A stretch of 64,000 bases of DNA from Lewinellaceae bacterium (GTDB lineage Bacteria; Bacteroidota; Bacteroidia; Chitinophagales; Saprospiraceae). The stretch is taken from positions 6,769 to 70,768 of the forward strand of contig JBEIDF010000002.1 in NCBI GenBank assembly GCA_040383605.1. Reading direction: 5' to 3'. Of the stretch, positions 24,216-35,128 are shown in pieces. Within the stretch, counting starts at the first letter, position 1. Each line of letters opens with the position of its first letter. The position numbers and the translations under genes are program-made. A model generated the notes under the pieces. It did not search any database. It was not told where the DNA came from and saw only the letters and a program-made list of their open reading frames with translations.

Positions 24216-25043
24216 ATGCGATTATCCCTTGGTTTTTCTCCTTGTCCCAACGACACTTTTATCTTTGATGCCCTGCTCCACGGCAAAGTGGACGCAGAGG
24301 GGCTTGAGTTTGCGCCGTATATTGATGATGTGGAGGCGCTCAATCGGCGCGCGTTTGACGGGGTGATTGACGTCACCAAGTTGAGTTACCACGCTTTTGC
24401 GCATTTGACGCACCGTTACGTTTTGTTGGATGCCGGCAGCGCTTTGGGACGGAATTGCGGCCCTTTGTTAGTTGCAAAAAAGACGCTTTCTGCGGAGGAA
24501 ATCCAGGTTGCCCGAATCGCCATTCCCGGTGAGATGACCACGGCCAATTTTTTGCTGAGCCTCGCATATCCACAAGCGCAGCGGAAGTCGGCAGTGTTGT
24601 TTTCCGACATTGAAGACGCGGTGTTGAGTGGTCGTTTTGAGGCCGGGCTGATCATCCATGAAAACAGGTTTACGTACGAACAGAAAGGGCTGGTTAAAAT
24701 CCGCGACCTCGGCGAATTTTGGGAATCCACAACCGGTTTCCCGATTCCGCTTGGCGGGATCGTTGCGCGGCGGGATTTGCCGCCTGACATCTTGCAGCGC
24801 GTCAATCGGGTGCTGCGGCGCAGCGTGGAATACGCGTTTGCAAACCGCCCGGATGTGATGCCCTTCGTGCGCGCCCACGCGCAAGCCATGGACGATGCGG
24901 TGATGGCGGCGCATATCGGCTTGTATGTGACGGATTTTACGGTGGATCTGGGTGCACAGGGCCGGGCGGCCGTGCATGAAATGTTTCAGATTGCGGCCCG
25001 GCTTGGCTTGGTGAAAGATATTGGGCAGGACATTTTCCTGTAG
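24216..25043 (+). CDS. mqnD: 1,4-dihydroxy-6-naphthoate synthase (futalosine menaquinone pathway)
   Basis: MRLSLGFSPCPNDTFIFDAL...DVTKLSYHA is the typical MqnD N-terminus. The start is at the ATG at 24216. Confidence 0.8.
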   Translation: MRLSLGFSPCPNDTFIFDALLHGKVDAEGLEFAPYIDDVEALNRRAFDGVIDVTKLSYHAFAHLTHRYVLLDAGSALGRNCGPLLVAKKTLSAEEIQVARIAIPGEMTTANFLLSLAYPQAQRKSAVLFSDIEDAVLSGRFEAGLIIHENRFTYEQKGLVKIRDLGEFWESTTGFPIPLGGIVARRDLPPDILQRVNRVLRRSVEYAFANRPDVMPFVRAHAQAMDDAVMAAHIGLYVTDFTVDLGAQGRAAVHEMFQIAARLGLVKDIGQDIFL

Positions 25044-25062
25044 TGGCGCGGGTAAAAATTAC

Positions 25063-25070
25063 TACCTTTG
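25063..25070 (+). promoter_or_regulatory. Candidate -7 promoter element TAccTTTG upstream of ald
   Basis: It matches TAnnTTTG exactly and lies 49 nt upstream of the ATG at 25119. No good -33 element was seen. Confidence 0.35.
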
Positions 25071-25118
25071 CGCCCTGATTTAAAACAGTATCTGCTCACC
25101 AAATACAACATTTTACGC

Positions 25119-26237
25119 ATGATTATCGGCGTACCAAAAGAAATCAAAACCAATGAAGCCCGCGTAGCGCTTACGCCGGGCGGCGCGCTGGAACTCACCA
25201 AACGCGGACACACCGTATATGTACAAAGCACGGCCGGCGTTGGCAGCGGCTTTGAAGATGCGGAATATATCGGCGCCGGCGCGAAAATTTTGGCTACCGC
25301 CGAGGAAGTCTGGGCAATTGCCGAGATGATTATGAAGGTCAAGGAACCGATTGCGGAAGAATACAGCCGTTGCCGGAAAGATCAGTTGATCTTTACGTAC
25401 TTTCACTTTGCCTCCAGCGAAGAACTGACGCGCGCCATGATCGCCAGCGGCGCCGTGTGCCTGGCGTACGAGACGGTAGAAACGGCAGATCGCCAGCTGC
25501 CCCTACTTATCCCGATGTCGGAAGTAGCCGGTCGGATGGCCATCCAGGAAGGCGCTAAATACCTCGAAAAACCGGTGAAAGGCCGTGGCGTCCTGTTGGG
25601 CGGCGTGCCGGGCGTGTCGCCCGGTAAAGTCCTGGTGCTCGGCGGCGGGGTCGTCGGTACGCAGGCAGCCAAAATGGCGGCCGGCCTGGGCGCCCAGGTG
25701 ACCCTGCTTGACGTCAGCCTGCAACGGCTCCGCTACCTGAACGACGTCATGCCGGCGAACGTGGTGACCATGTTCTCCAGCGAATATAATATCCGTCAAC
25801 TGATTCAAAATCAAGACCTCATCGTGGGCGCTGTCCTTATTCCCGGCGCCAAAGCGCCGAAATTGATCACGAAGGACATGCTGAAAACCATGCATCCCGG
25901 CGCCGTGATTGTGGACGTAGCGGTGGATCAGGGCGGTTGTATCGAAACAACCAAACCCACCACGCACGAAAACCCCACCTATATCATTGACGATGTGGTG
26001 CACTACTGCGTAGCCAATATGCCGGGCGCCGTGCCCTTCACTTCTACGGTCGCGCTCACCAACGCCACCCTGCCGTATGCCCTCCAACTGGCCGGAAAAG
26101 GCTGGAAGACAGCCTGCCGGGAAAATAACGAACTCAAACTCGGCCTCAACGTCGTAGGCGGAAGGGTAGTGTACGCCGGCGTTGCCGAAGCGTTTAACCT
26201 GCCGCTGCACCCGGTAGAGGATGAGCTGAAACCCTGA
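25119..26237 (+). CDS. ald: Alanine dehydrogenase
   Basis: It has the N-terminus MIIGVPKEIKTNEARVALTPGG and the NAD-binding motif VLVLGGGVVG, with family-typical length (372 aa). Confidence 0.92.
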   Translation: MIIGVPKEIKTNEARVALTPGGALELTKRGHTVYVQSTAGVGSGFEDAEYIGAGAKILATAEEVWAIAEMIMKVKEPIAEEYSRCRKDQLIFTYFHFASSEELTRAMIASGAVCLAYETVETADRQLPLLIPMSEVAGRMAIQEGAKYLEKPVKGRGVLLGGVPGVSPGKVLVLGGGVVGTQAAKMAAGLGAQVTLLDVSLQRLRYLNDVMPANVVTMFSSEYNIRQLIQNQDLIVGAVLIPGAKAPKLITKDMLKTMHPGAVIVDVAVDQGGCIETTKPTTHENPTYIIDDVVHYCVANMPGAVPFTSTVALTNATLPYALQLAGKGWKTACRENNELKLGLNVVGGRVVYAGVAEAFNLPLHPVEDELKP

Positions 26238-26287
26238 TCTGCATTTTTAGGACAGGAGGCCGTTGCATAAAGTACAGTATCGCAAAG

Positions 26288-26377
26288 TTTTCAGAATATA
26301 ATTTTGAAAATCGTCCGGATAAGTATCGGCGTGACTCAAAGTCACGCCGATACTATGTTCGGTCGAACTTTTATTTT
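26288..26377 (-). repeat. Copy 2 of the ~90-bp dispersed hairpin repeat (perfect 14-bp stem at 26322-26354)
   Basis: Its reverse complement aligns with 326-414. The hairpin is AGTATCGGCGTGAC-TCAAA-GTCACGCCGATACT. Confidence 0.85.
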
Positions 26378-26420
26378 TATCCTTGATTTCGTTGGATGCG
26401 TGTGCTGCAGCGGCCTGCGC

Positions 26421-27257
26421 TCACGTCACCGGCGCGTTTTTTGCGAAGCTAAAACCAATTCCGCCGCCGGGATACCAGTGATCGGCGGGCACTTCCTGAA
26501 AAAACAGAAAGTGCCTGCCGGTTTCCAGGGAAAACCGGGCGAGTTTGTCGGAACATTCTGCGTTGTCGCTCAGGATCACGCTGTCTTCCTTTAAAAGCGG
26601 ACGGATGGTTTGGTACTCTCGGTACTCATACTCGGTCGAGTGGTCGCTGTCGTTGATAAACAGGTCAATTTCTTCCTTGAACTTGGACAAGCTCTCAATG
26701 GAGTCGCCGTATAAAATTTCACCTGCGTCTTTGTACGCTCCCGTTAGGAGATAACCGGCTGCCGGATTAATGTCCGTTCCATAGTAGCGCCCGGGAAAAC
26801 CTTCCGCCCGGTTGCGCAGCAGGGCCGCGCAGAGCAGGACGGCCCCCAGGCCTTTGTCCACACCAGTTTCAATTACGACCCTCGGTTTACAGATACGCGC
26901 CATCGCGTACCATCCGAGCCGGCGGCCAAATCGAACCTCCGGGTCGGCAAATTGTTTATATTCCGAGCGTTCCCTGGCAGCCAGAATGGTTGCCTTTAAC
27001 GTCTGATCTCCCTCGGCCTCCTCAAAATAGGCCAGCACATCGGCACGCGATACGCCCGTAATTACCGAGATCATGGCAGCCAGGTATTGCAGATTTTCCG
27101 GCGCGAGGTGGTAGGTGTAATTGGTGTCTTCGCGCGACAGAAAGCCCCATTTTATTATTTGCAGGTACCGCTTGTTGTACACGGTGGTTGCCTGATAAAT
27201 TCTTCGCAAGAAGTTTAAGACCCAGATACGCTTTAAAAAGCGAAGTACTTTTTTCAT
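26421..27257 (-). CDS. Class I SAM-dependent methyltransferase (Methyltransf_24/CmcI-like)
   Basis: The motifs VVIETGVDKGLGA and YYGTDINP resemble a SAM-binding fold, and a later IDLFINDSDHS motif is present. Confidence 0.65.
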   Translation of the reverse strand: MKKVLRFLKRIWVLNFLRRIYQATTVYNKRYLQIIKWGFLSREDTNYTYHLAPENLQYLAAMISVITGVSRADVLAYFEEAEGDQTLKATILAARERSEYKQFADPEVRFGRRLGWYAMARICKPRVVIETGVDKGLGAVLLCAALLRNRAEGFPGRYYGTDINPAAGYLLTGAYKDAGEILYGDSIESLSKFKEEIDLFINDSDHSTEYEYREYQTIRPLLKEDSVILSDNAECSDKLARFSLETGRHFLFFQEVPADHWYPGGGIGFSFAKNAPVT

Positions 27258-27301
27258 TGAAATATTTAAAAATAACCCGGCAAAGGTAAGGCGAACTTAC
27301 T

Positions 27302-27309
27302 TATCTTTG
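27302..27309 (+). promoter_or_regulatory. Candidate -7 promoter element TAtcTTTG upstream of the MscS-family gene
   Basis: It matches TAnnTTTG exactly and lies 39 nt upstream of the ATG at 27348. Confidence 0.35.
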
Positions 27310-27347
27310 TTATCCTCGTTTTTATCCAGTCAATCAAAGCGCCCCCT

Positions 27348-28217
27348 ATGCGGAAAATCCCGGTATTGTTGCTCAAATTGGGTATTTTGACCACCCTTAT
27401 CCTGCTGCGGATGGGTGAAATTGATTTGGCGGCAATGGTTGCGCGCTCCAAATACCGCAACACCCTGTCTTATTATCTGGACACGTTCAGCGGGATCGCC
27501 ATATTCCTTTTATTCCTCGATTTTGTACAGTTTTTTGTGGTCGCCGTGTACCGCAGGCGGCATGGCGTGCGGGGCGACGATAATTTTATCATCGGTATCG
27601 GGCACATCTACTCTTTACTGGTGGTGTTCGGCCTGATTGCAGGCATACTTTCTCTCTTCCAAATCAATGCCCGCGAATTATTCACCTCGCTGTCCATCAT
27701 TTTTGCTGGTTTGGCTATTCTGACGAAGGACTACATCTCGAACATGATTAACGGCATGATTATCACCTTTTCGGGGCAAATGAGCATCGGCGATAATGTG
27801 CGCATCGGACAGCATCGCGGAAAAATTACCGATATCACGCTGCAAAATATCCACCTGCTCAATGACGACGACGACGTGATCTATGTGCCGAATAATGTAG
27901 TGCTGACTTCCGACGTGGTCAACTACACCAAACGGGAAATCAAACGCACCAGCATAGATTTTGATATAGACTTCCGGTATCTCCAATCGGTGGAAGAACT
28001 GGAAACCGAACTGATCAAAGCGCTGGAACCTTTTCACGAGTACATCAACGCCGACAGCTACTACCTCCGGGTAGCAGAGGTGCAAAAGGATCATATCGCC
28101 TTGAAATTTCAGTATATTTTGAAGGAGCCCAATAAAGAGCTGGAGCGCCGGGTGCGCCGCCGGGCGGTGCGCCGCCTTGTGGAAATACTGAGCGAACGGC
28201 ACAAGCAGCATCACTGA
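27348..28217 (+). CDS. Mechanosensitive ion channel (MscS family)
   Basis: It has three or four N-terminal TM segments followed by [39 protein letters not shown], the MscS beta-domain signature. Confidence 0.85.
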   Translation: MRKIPVLLLKLGILTTLILLRMGEIDLAAMVARSKYRNTLSYYLDTFSGIAIFLLFLDFVQFFVVAVYRRRHGVRGDDNFIIGIGHIYSLLVVFGLIAGILSLFQINARELFTSLSIIFAGLAILTKDYISNMINGMIITFSGQMSIGDNVRIGQHRGKITDITLQNIHLLNDDDDVIYVPNNVVLTSDVVNYTKREIKRTSIDFDIDFRYLQSVEELETELIKALEPFHEYINADSYYLRVAEVQKDHIALKFQYILKEPNKELERRVRRRAVRRLVEILSERHKQHH

Positions 28218-28222
28218 ACACC

Positions 28223-30337
28223 ATGAATCATCTCCAATACGAAAGTTCGCCCTACCTGCTTCAACACGCCCACAACCCCGTCCAGTGGTACGCCTGGAAG
28301 CCGGAAGCCCTGGAAAAAGCCCGTCGGGAGCAAAAACCGATTTTGGTCAGCATCGGCTATTCCACTTGCCACTGGTGCCATGTTATGGAACGCGAATCCT
28401 TTGAAAATCCGGATATTGCCGCATTCATGAATGAGCACTTCGTGAATATCAAGGTGGATCGGGAGGAGCGGCCGGATCTGGACGCGATTTATATGGAGGC
28501 CTGCCAAATCCTGACCGGCAGCGGCGGTTGGCCTTTAAACTGTTTTCTGACGCCAGACGGTCGGCCTTTTTACGCCGGCACGTATTATCCGCCCCGTCCG
28601 GCGTACAACCGCCCTTCCTGGCTGCAGGTATTGCAACACCTGTCGAACGCCTGGGAATCGCAGCGCGAAGCTGTTTTTGAACAGGCGGAAAAGCTCCTGG
28701 AACACATCCTGCGCCAGGACGACGTGCTGGTCGGAAAGCCGGAGCAGAACCCGATCTCGCCCTTTGGCCCTGCCGGCCCCGGCGGCGCGCTCGAAACGAT
28801 TTTTTACCAAATGCGGGATCGCTTCGACCGCCTCGAAGGCGGGTTTGGCGGCGCGCCCAAGTTTCCCTCCACCATGGCGATCCGGTATCTTCTCGGCTAC
28901 TACTGGTTTTCCGGTCGCCAGGAAGCCCTGGAGCACGCCCTGCTGTCGCTCGATAAAATGATTCACGGCGGCATTTACGATCAATTGGGCGGCGGCTTTG
29001 CCCGCTATGCCACCGATCGCGCCTGGCTGGTTCCGCATTTTGAAAAAATGCTGTACGACAACGCCCTGTTGGTCGCCCTGCTGGCAGAAGCGATTAAACT
29101 CCTCCAATCCGACGCCGAATTGGCGCATGCGCACGCTGCACGACTCGAAACCTACCGGGAAACCCTGGAGGAAACGCTGGACTATGTTACCCGCGAAATG
29201 ACGCACCCGCAGGGCGGTTTCTACGCCGCGCAGGATGCCGATTCGGAAGGCGTGGAAGGAAAATTTTTCGTCTGGGAAAAAGAAGAAATGGATGCGGCGC
29301 TCGGCGCGGAATCCCCCCTGTTTTGTTCATTTTATGGCGTAACGGCGGAGGGCAACTGGGAACACCGCAATATCCTGTGGCGCGCGCAGGGCGATTACGA
29401 CGCGTACGCTGCGGCGCATGGATTGGATGTGCGGGAACTAAAAACCCGTCTTGCTGCTTGTCGGGGCCAACTTTTCCGTCTGCGCACCGAGCGCGTATGG
29501 CCCGGCCTCGATGACAAGTTGCTGCTCGGATGGAATGCCCTCATGGTCAGTGGATATGCCGCTGCTTTTACCGCTACCGGGCAGGCAAGGTACGAGGCTG
29601 CCGCCCTGCGCGCCCTGGATTTTATCCTGGCGCATTTTGACGATGGCGCCGGTGGCCTGCTCCATACCTGGAAGGACGGCAAGGCCCAGTATGCAGCACT
29701 CCTGGACGACTACGCGCTGGTGATCGCAGCCCTGACCGATGTGTATCAGATCGCTTTCGATCCGAGGTACTTGTCGCTGGCAGACCAGTACACGGATTTT
29801 GTATTCCGCCATTTTTCCGATCCGGATACCGGATTGTTCTATTACACACGGGAAGGACAGGCCGACGTGATCGCGCGGAAGAAAGATCTGTACGACAATG
29901 CGACGCCTTCCGGCAACAGCACGATGGCGCACAACCTGCAACGGCTGGGAATCCTACTGGATCGCCCCGATTGGCGCGCGCACGCGGTGCGTATGTTGGG
30001 CGCCATGCAGGCTTCTGTGGAAAAATACCCGCTGTCTTTCGAACGGTGGGCGGAGGCGCTTTTGTATGAAGCGCACGGAATACACGAGATCGGGGTTATT
30101 GGCGACAACGCCTTTGAGAAAGCCCGGGCGGTACAGCGGCTTTTCGTGCCGAACAAAGTGCTTGCCGCCGCAGTGGGTGCATCGGACTTGCCCCTGTTGG
30201 CCGGCAAGCCGTCCGGTGCGGAAGCGCAGATTTATGTATGCCGGAATTTTGCCTGTCAAAAGCCCGTATCTGATCTGGAGGATTTCAAACAACTAATTCA
30301 AGTCCGGGAACGTTTTCAACCACCATCGCGCGGATGA
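28223..30337 (+). CDS. Thioredoxin-domain protein (DUF255/YyaL-like, N-terminal Trx fold + (alpha/alpha)6 barrel)
   Basis: The sequence [17 protein letters not shown]...[23 protein letters not shown] is the family signature. The protein is 704 aa. Confidence 0.9.
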   Translation: MNHLQYESSPYLLQHAHNPVQWYAWKPEALEKARREQKPILVSIGYSTCHWCHVMERESFENPDIAAFMNEHFVNIKVDREERPDLDAIYMEACQILTGSGGWPLNCFLTPDGRPFYAGTYYPPRPAYNRPSWLQVLQHLSNAWESQREAVFEQAEKLLEHILRQDDVLVGKPEQNPISPFGPAGPGGALETIFYQMRDRFDRLEGGFGGAPKFPSTMAIRYLLGYYWFSGRQEALEHALLSLDKMIHGGIYDQLGGGFARYATDRAWLVPHFEKMLYDNALLVALLAEAIKLLQSDAELAHAHAARLETYRETLEETLDYVTREMTHPQGGFYAAQDADSEGVEGKFFVWEKEEMDAALGAESPLFCSFYGVTAEGNWEHRNILWRAQGDYDAYAAAHGLDVRELKTRLAACRGQLFRLRTERVWPGLDDKLLLGWNALMVSGYAAAFTATGQARYEAAALRALDFILAHFDDGAGGLLHTWKDGKAQYAALLDDYALVIAALTDVYQIAFDPRYLSLADQYTDFVFRHFSDPDTGLFYYTREGQADVIARKKDLYDNATPSGNSTMAHNLQRLGILLDRPDWRAHAVRMLGAMQASVEKYPLSFERWAEALLYEAHGIHEIGVIGDNAFEKARAVQRLFVPNKVLAAAVGASDLPLLAGKPSGAEAQIYVCRNFACQKPVSDLEDFKQLIQVRERFQPPSRG

Positions 30338-31317
30338 TGAAAAAACTGATCACACCTATTATATATATAGGCGTACTGGGCTGGTTGCAGGCCCAGCAGC
30401 TGCCGCAGTACAGCCTGTATATGCTCAATCCGTACGCCTTTAATCCGGCGGTAGCGGGCACAGAAAACACGCTCATTTTGAATGGCGTTTACCGGCAGCA
30501 ATGGTCCGACCTGCAGGGGGCGCCCGTGGGGCAGTCCCTGAATGCCCATTTGCCGGTGTACAAAATCAACAGCGGACTTGGTTTGCGGTTAGACAACAAC
30601 ACGATGGGAGCCCATCGCGCAACACAGGCGGCGCTTTCCTATTCGTTCCAGGTTGAGATTGGCCGCTCCGCGTTGTTATCGCTGGGTGTTAGCGGCGGGT
30701 ACATGCAATACGCCCTCGATGGTGCGAAGTTGCGCGCGCCCCAGGGAACCTATTCGGAGCCCGGCGGATTGTTTACGCACAACGATAACTTATTGCCGGA
30801 GGGCAACATCAATGCCGGAACTGTTTTCGGAGAGGCCGGGATTTTTTTCCGTCGAAAAGCCCTCCAGGCCGGCCTGGCCGTTCAGCCTGTCTTTGCGCCG
30901 GTGCTGGAACCGACTTCGGGCGGCGCTTTTCGGCTAAAACCTGCGCGTCACTACGTATTTACTGCCGGGTATAATTTACCAATAGGTGATGACCTGGAAC
31001 TTAGACCGTCTTTTTTAGCCAAAACTGACTTTTTCGTGACACAATTAGAAATATCTGCACTTTTTAATTGGAGATCGTTTATATTTGCGGGCGCTTCGCT
31101 CAGGGGGGTAACCCGGCAGGCGCGCGATGCAGCGGTTGTGTTGATTGGATGGCAGATAAATGAGCGCTCTACGGCGGCTTACGCGTACGATCTCCCCCTG
31201 TCCGCCCTCAACACCGTGAACCGCGGCAGCCATGAATTGATGTTGCGGTACAGCCTCAACAAACCTGTTGGCAGGGGAACCCTCCCGCCGGTCATTTATA
31301 ATCCGCGTTTTTGGTAG
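30334..31317 (+). CDS. porP: PorP/SprF-family T9SS outer-membrane protein
   Basis: The N-terminus [25 protein letters not shown] is the family hallmark. The start ATG overlaps the upstream stop (ATGA), and the gene lies directly upstream of gldKLMN. Confidence 0.85.
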   Translation: MMKKLITPIIYIGVLGWLQAQQLPQYSLYMLNPYAFNPAVAGTENTLILNGVYRQQWSDLQGAPVGQSLNAHLPVYKINSGLGLRLDNNTMGAHRATQAALSYSFQVEIGRSALLSLGVSGGYMQYALDGAKLRAPQGTYSEPGGLFTHNDNLLPEGNINAGTVFGEAGIFFRRKALQAGLAVQPVFAPVLEPTSGGAFRLKPARHYVFTAGYNLPIGDDLELRPSFLAKTDFFVTQLEISALFNWRSFIFAGASLRGVTRQARDAAVVLIGWQINERSTAAYAYDLPLSALNTVNRGSHELMLRYSLNKPVGRGTLPPVIYNPRFW

Positions 31318-31473
31318 CGATCGCAGCATTTATTGCCTCGTTACCGCCTCCGCCCCCGCGTTGGAGAAAAAATGTTAAAAATAAACCCGGTGGATACAAT
31401 GTTTTGTTAACCCCGCGTTACTAAAGCGAGAATACCAATAAATCCCCCTCAGCGCGCCATTTTTTTTTAAAAT

Positions 31474-31506
31474 TTTGGTCGTTACTAATTTAATCCGCTA
31501 TCTTTA
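31474..31506 (+). promoter_or_regulatory. Candidate promoter for gldK (-33 TTTG, 21-nt spacer, -7 TAtcTTTA)
   Basis: It is a near-consensus Bacteroidota promoter, 53 nt upstream of the ATG at 31559. Confidence 0.35.
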
Positions 31507-31558
31507 CGTCCACTTTTGCCAAACCGCATATTTAAGTAGGAAAACACGGGTGTTTAAT

Positions 31559-32812
31559 ATGAAAAAACTACAGAATTCGCTCCTGCTGCTATCGTTTATT
31601 GCAGTAGTGGCCGCATCTTGCGGCCGGACAGAAAGCGGTCAACTCGTTGGAGTGCTCGACCGCCCGGGCTGGAAAGGCATTAACCCTTACGGCATGGTGT
31701 ACGTTCCTTCGGGAACCCTTCACATTGGAACCGGCGACGAGGATATCAGCAAGCAGCTGGTAGCGCGTCCTAAGGCCATCTCCATTCAGGGTTTCTTTAT
31801 GGATGACACCGAAATCACCAACAATGAGTACCGGCAGTTCGTCCAATGGGTTATTGACTCGCTCGCGCATGAAACGCTTCAACACTATGTGGAAGAAGAA
31901 GGCGCCACCAGCGATAAACCCATGATTGACTGGGAAATGGAAATTGACTGGGAAGGAGAAGCGGAAACGCTGCAAGACCTCTTTTACCAGGGCAATGAGC
32001 GTTTCTCGGGCCGTCAGGAATTGGATGTAAGCAAACTGGTATTCCAGTACGAGTGGATGGACTGGCAGCGCGCCGCCCATGATCGGAACAGCAACCGGAC
32101 CAGCTTCCTGCGCAAGGAAAAAATCAAGGTATATCCGGATACGCTCTCCTGGATTCGCGATTACGCCTATTCCTACAACGAGCCGATGACTCGGAATTAT
32201 TTCTATCACCCGGCATTCGACGAGTATCCAGTGGTAGGCGTAAACTGGAAAATGGCAAAAGCCTTCACGTACTGGCGCACCAAAATCTGGGATATGTATT
32301 CCGGTGAAGAGGGCATCCATACGGAAGATTTCCGCTTGCCCACCGAACATGAATGGGAGTATGCCGCACGCGGCGGTCGCGAAAACGCACCGTATCCCTG
32401 GGGCGCGTACTACACGCGTAATGCCAAAGGCTGCCTGCTGGCTAATTTCAAGCCCGGCCGCGGTAATTATCCCGAAGACGGCGGTCTGTACACAGTAAAA
32501 GCAGATGGCTATTACCCGAACGATTACGGTCTGTATTGCATGGCCGGTAATGTGTCGGAGTGGACAGAAACGGCATTCTTCGAAAATTCCTATTCTTTCA
32601 TGCACGACCTGAACCCGGATGTGCGCTACGATGCCAAAGAAGAAGATCCGCTGACGTACAAGCGCAAAGTGATCCGCGGCGGCTCGTGGAAGGATGCCGC
32701 GTTCTTCCTCCGCACGGGTACGCGCAACTATGAATACCAAGACACCACAAAATGTTATGTAGGCTTCCGCTGCGTGCTCACCTTCCTCGGTCGCTCTATC
32801 AACGATTTCTAA
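31559..32812 (+). CDS. gldK: Gliding motility/T9SS lipoprotein GldK (PorK), FGE-sulfatase-like domain
   Basis: It has the lipoprotein signal LLLLSFIAVVAASCG. The GMVYVPSGT, TEITNNEYRQF, YPVVGVNW and RGGSWKD motifs of the SUMF1/FGE fold are present, and the gene occupies the expected operon position. Confidence 0.9.
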   Translation: MKKLQNSLLLLSFIAVVAASCGRTESGQLVGVLDRPGWKGINPYGMVYVPSGTLHIGTGDEDISKQLVARPKAISIQGFFMDDTEITNNEYRQFVQWVIDSLAHETLQHYVEEEGATSDKPMIDWEMEIDWEGEAETLQDLFYQGNERFSGRQELDVSKLVFQYEWMDWQRAAHDRNSNRTSFLRKEKIKVYPDTLSWIRDYAYSYNEPMTRNYFYHPAFDEYPVVGVNWKMAKAFTYWRTKIWDMYSGEEGIHTEDFRLPTEHEWEYAARGGRENAPYPWGAYYTRNAKGCLLANFKPGRGNYPEDGGLYTVKADGYYPNDYGLYCMAGNVSEWTETAFFENSYSFMHDLNPDVRYDAKEEDPLTYKRKVIRGGSWKDAAFFLRTGTRNYEYQDTTKCYVGFRCVLTFLGRSINDF

Positions 32813-32938
32813 AGACGCGTTTCCAGACAGTTTTTACAACGTGTATGCTGTCGGATGTGCGGGTAGATTCGCCTAGTTCAAATTTTAACTAATACTCAGA
32901 CTTTAACATTAATTAAACTGCTTAAACGGTCTATAACA

Positions 32939-33529
32939 ATGAGTTTCGTCAAGACTAAAGGATTCAAGTACGTTAAAAACCTCGCCATCGGCGTGGGCGC
33001 CGCAATCGTTCTTATGGGCGCACTGTTCAAACTGGAAAGCTGGGAAGGCGCCTCCGAAATGCTGATCATCGGCCTGACGGTAGAAGCTATCATCTTCCTG
33101 ATGCTGGGTCTGTTAGGCCCAGAGCCGGATTACTACTGGAGCAAACTGTATCCTGGCCTGGATGACTACCATGCCCGCCTGCAACCGCTGACCGCCGGTC
33201 CGTCGAACGATCCGGATATCGTCCCGCTGCACGGCGACGTAATAGAACGCCAATTGGGCGGTATGCTCACCGAACTGCAATCCATGTCTAAAAGCCTCGG
33301 CGCACTGAAAGCGCTGCAAGAGGTGGACTTCACCGGCACGCAGGAGCAGGTAAAATCTATGAGCAATTTCTATACGCGCATGAACGAAGCGATGGCCGAT
33401 ATGGCTAAGTCTGCAGAAGACGTGAAAGGCTACAAAGATCAGCTGGCTTCTTTGAACAAAAACCTCAATTCGCTCAATACGGTGTACGGCAATATGCTGG
33501 CCGCTATGGCAAACATCGGTCGTCAGTAA
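32939..33529 (+). CDS. gldL: Gliding motility/T9SS protein GldL (PorL)
   Basis: It has two N-terminal TM helices (NLAIGVGAAIVLMGALFKL, MLIIGLTVEAIIFLMLG) and a cytoplasmic coiled C-terminus. It lies between gldK and gldM. Confidence 0.9.
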   Translation: MSFVKTKGFKYVKNLAIGVGAAIVLMGALFKLESWEGASEMLIIGLTVEAIIFLMLGLLGPEPDYYWSKLYPGLDDYHARLQPLTAGPSNDPDIVPLHGDVIERQLGGMLTELQSMSKSLGALKALQEVDFTGTQEQVKSMSNFYTRMNEAMADMAKSAEDVKGYKDQLASLNKNLNSLNTVYGNMLAAMANIGRQ

Positions 33530-33582
33530 TTTCGCTGCGGTCACGAATTTTTATTTCGTCACAACCTTTAAATTAGATAACT

Positions 33583-35109
33583 ATGTCTATACCAAAGGAG
33601 CCGCGGCAGCTCATGATCAACCTGATGTATCTGGTGTTGACCGCGCTTTTGGCTCTTAACGTCTCCGCTGAGGTGATGAACGCGTTTTTTTCACTCGATA
33701 ACGGCCTAAAAGGCAGCCGTACGATCGTGGAAAAAAACAATGAAGTGGTGATGCAAAATATCACAAAGCAAGCTGAGGCTTACAACGACGAACTCAGAAA
33801 GAAATATAAGGAAAACGCCTCGCAGGCTATCCAAATCTCGAACGAGTTCAACGCATATGTCGAAGAAGTACGCAAAAAACTCTTCGAAAAGGCCGGTGGC
33901 CCGTCTAAAAAGGATCCGACGATTCCGAAGGATATCCGGAACAAGGACTTGACTACAAACATGTTTATCAACGAAGGCCTCGGCGCGGAGATCCAAAGCA
34001 AAATTGAGGAAACTCGCAAGAAGTTTGAAGCGCTCGTGGATAACGATCCGACGGAAGTGGCCTCGCTTACGCTCGGTATCGAACCGATTCCTTCGACTTC
34101 ACAGGCTAAGAACTGGGCGGAGCTGAAATTTAAGCAAATGCCGGTTGCTGCCTGCTTCCCCATCCTGGGTAAACTGCAAAGCGACTCGAAAAGCTCTGCC
34201 TCCGCCGTACTGAACTACTGCCTGAAGAAGGTCGCCGGTGAAGAAATCAAAATGGATGCGTTCGAACCGGTCATCTCCGCACCAAAAGGATATGTTATCC
34301 GCGGCGATAAGTACGAGGCTGACGTATTCCTGAGCGCGTATTCAACCACGGCCGACAACATCACGATCAACGTGAATGGCTCAAACTTGGCGGTTAAAGA
34401 AGGTAAAGCGCACTATGAGACGATCACGAACGCGACCGGTACGAAAAAGTATTCCGTGCGTATCAATGTGACAAATCCGCTCACGAAGGAAGTCAAAACC
34501 TACAACAAGGATTTTGAATACGAAGTGGGTGAGCGTTCCTGCTCGGTACAGCTCGACAAAATGAACGTATTCTACATCGGCGTGGACAACCCGATCACGG
34601 TTTCGGCCGCCGGTGTTTCTTCCAACGATTTGAAAGTAACCGCCAGCGGCGTGAATATCACCCGGAGCGGTTCTTCCAACTACATTGTTCGGGCTGATAA
34701 GCCGGGCGAATCTACGATTACGCTGCAAGGCGGCGGTCTGCCCCCGACTACGTTCAAATACCGTGTAAAGCGTATTCCTGATCCCGTTCCGCTACTTGGC
34801 GCTAAAATCAAGAGCGGCGCGATGGGGAACGGTGAATTCAAGGCGCAAGGCGGTATCGGCGCAGTACTTGAAAATTTCGACTTCGACGCAAAATGCGATG
34901 TAGTAGGTTTCACCTGCACGTACCTCGCAAAACGTGCAGACCCGTCTCCGGATACGCCGAACGCCGGCGCCCGTTTTGGTGGCACGGTAGCCGAAATGGT
35001 ACAGAAAGCAAAGCCGGGCGATACGTACTTCTTCGACGATATTAAAGTAAAATGCCCGGGCGACAACATACCGCGTAACCTCGGTGGCCTGTCGTTCAAA
35101 ATTAGATAA
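33583..35109 (+). CDS. gldM: Gliding motility/T9SS protein GldM (PorM)
   Basis: The N-terminus PRQLMINLMYLVLTALLALNVS is the conserved GldM TM region. Its ~508 aa size and operon position fit. Confidence 0.9.
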   Translation: MSIPKEPRQLMINLMYLVLTALLALNVSAEVMNAFFSLDNGLKGSRTIVEKNNEVVMQNITKQAEAYNDELRKKYKENASQAIQISNEFNAYVEEVRKKLFEKAGGPSKKDPTIPKDIRNKDLTTNMFINEGLGAEIQSKIEETRKKFEALVDNDPTEVASLTLGIEPIPSTSQAKNWAELKFKQMPVAACFPILGKLQSDSKSSASAVLNYCLKKVAGEEIKMDAFEPVISAPKGYVIRGDKYEADVFLSAYSTTADNITINVNGSNLAVKEGKAHYETITNATGTKKYSVRINVTNPLTKEVKTYNKDFEYEVGERSCSVQLDKMNVFYIGVDNPITVSAAGVSSNDLKVTASGVNITRSGSSNYIVRADKPGESTITLQGGGLPPTTFKYRVKRIPDPVPLLGAKIKSGAMGNGEFKAQGGIGAVLENFDFDAKCDVVGFTCTYLAKRADPSPDTPNAGARFGGTVAEMVQKAKPGDTYFFDDIKVKCPGDNIPRNLGGLSFKIR

Positions 35110-35128
35110 TTTAATCCCCTTTCACCAA

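Noticed and set aside
24173-24379. The 69-codon upstream extension of the RluA-family ORF would overlap mqnD.
   Set aside because: The extension is Ser/Ala-rich with no homology-like features. The conserved RluA N-terminus (VIFEDNHLLALNKPAG) starts right after the ATG at 24172.
26304-26594. A 96-aa plus-strand ORF starts in the repeat hairpin region.
   Set aside because: It begins inside the dispersed repeat and then runs antisense to the methyltransferase gene. No coding features are present.
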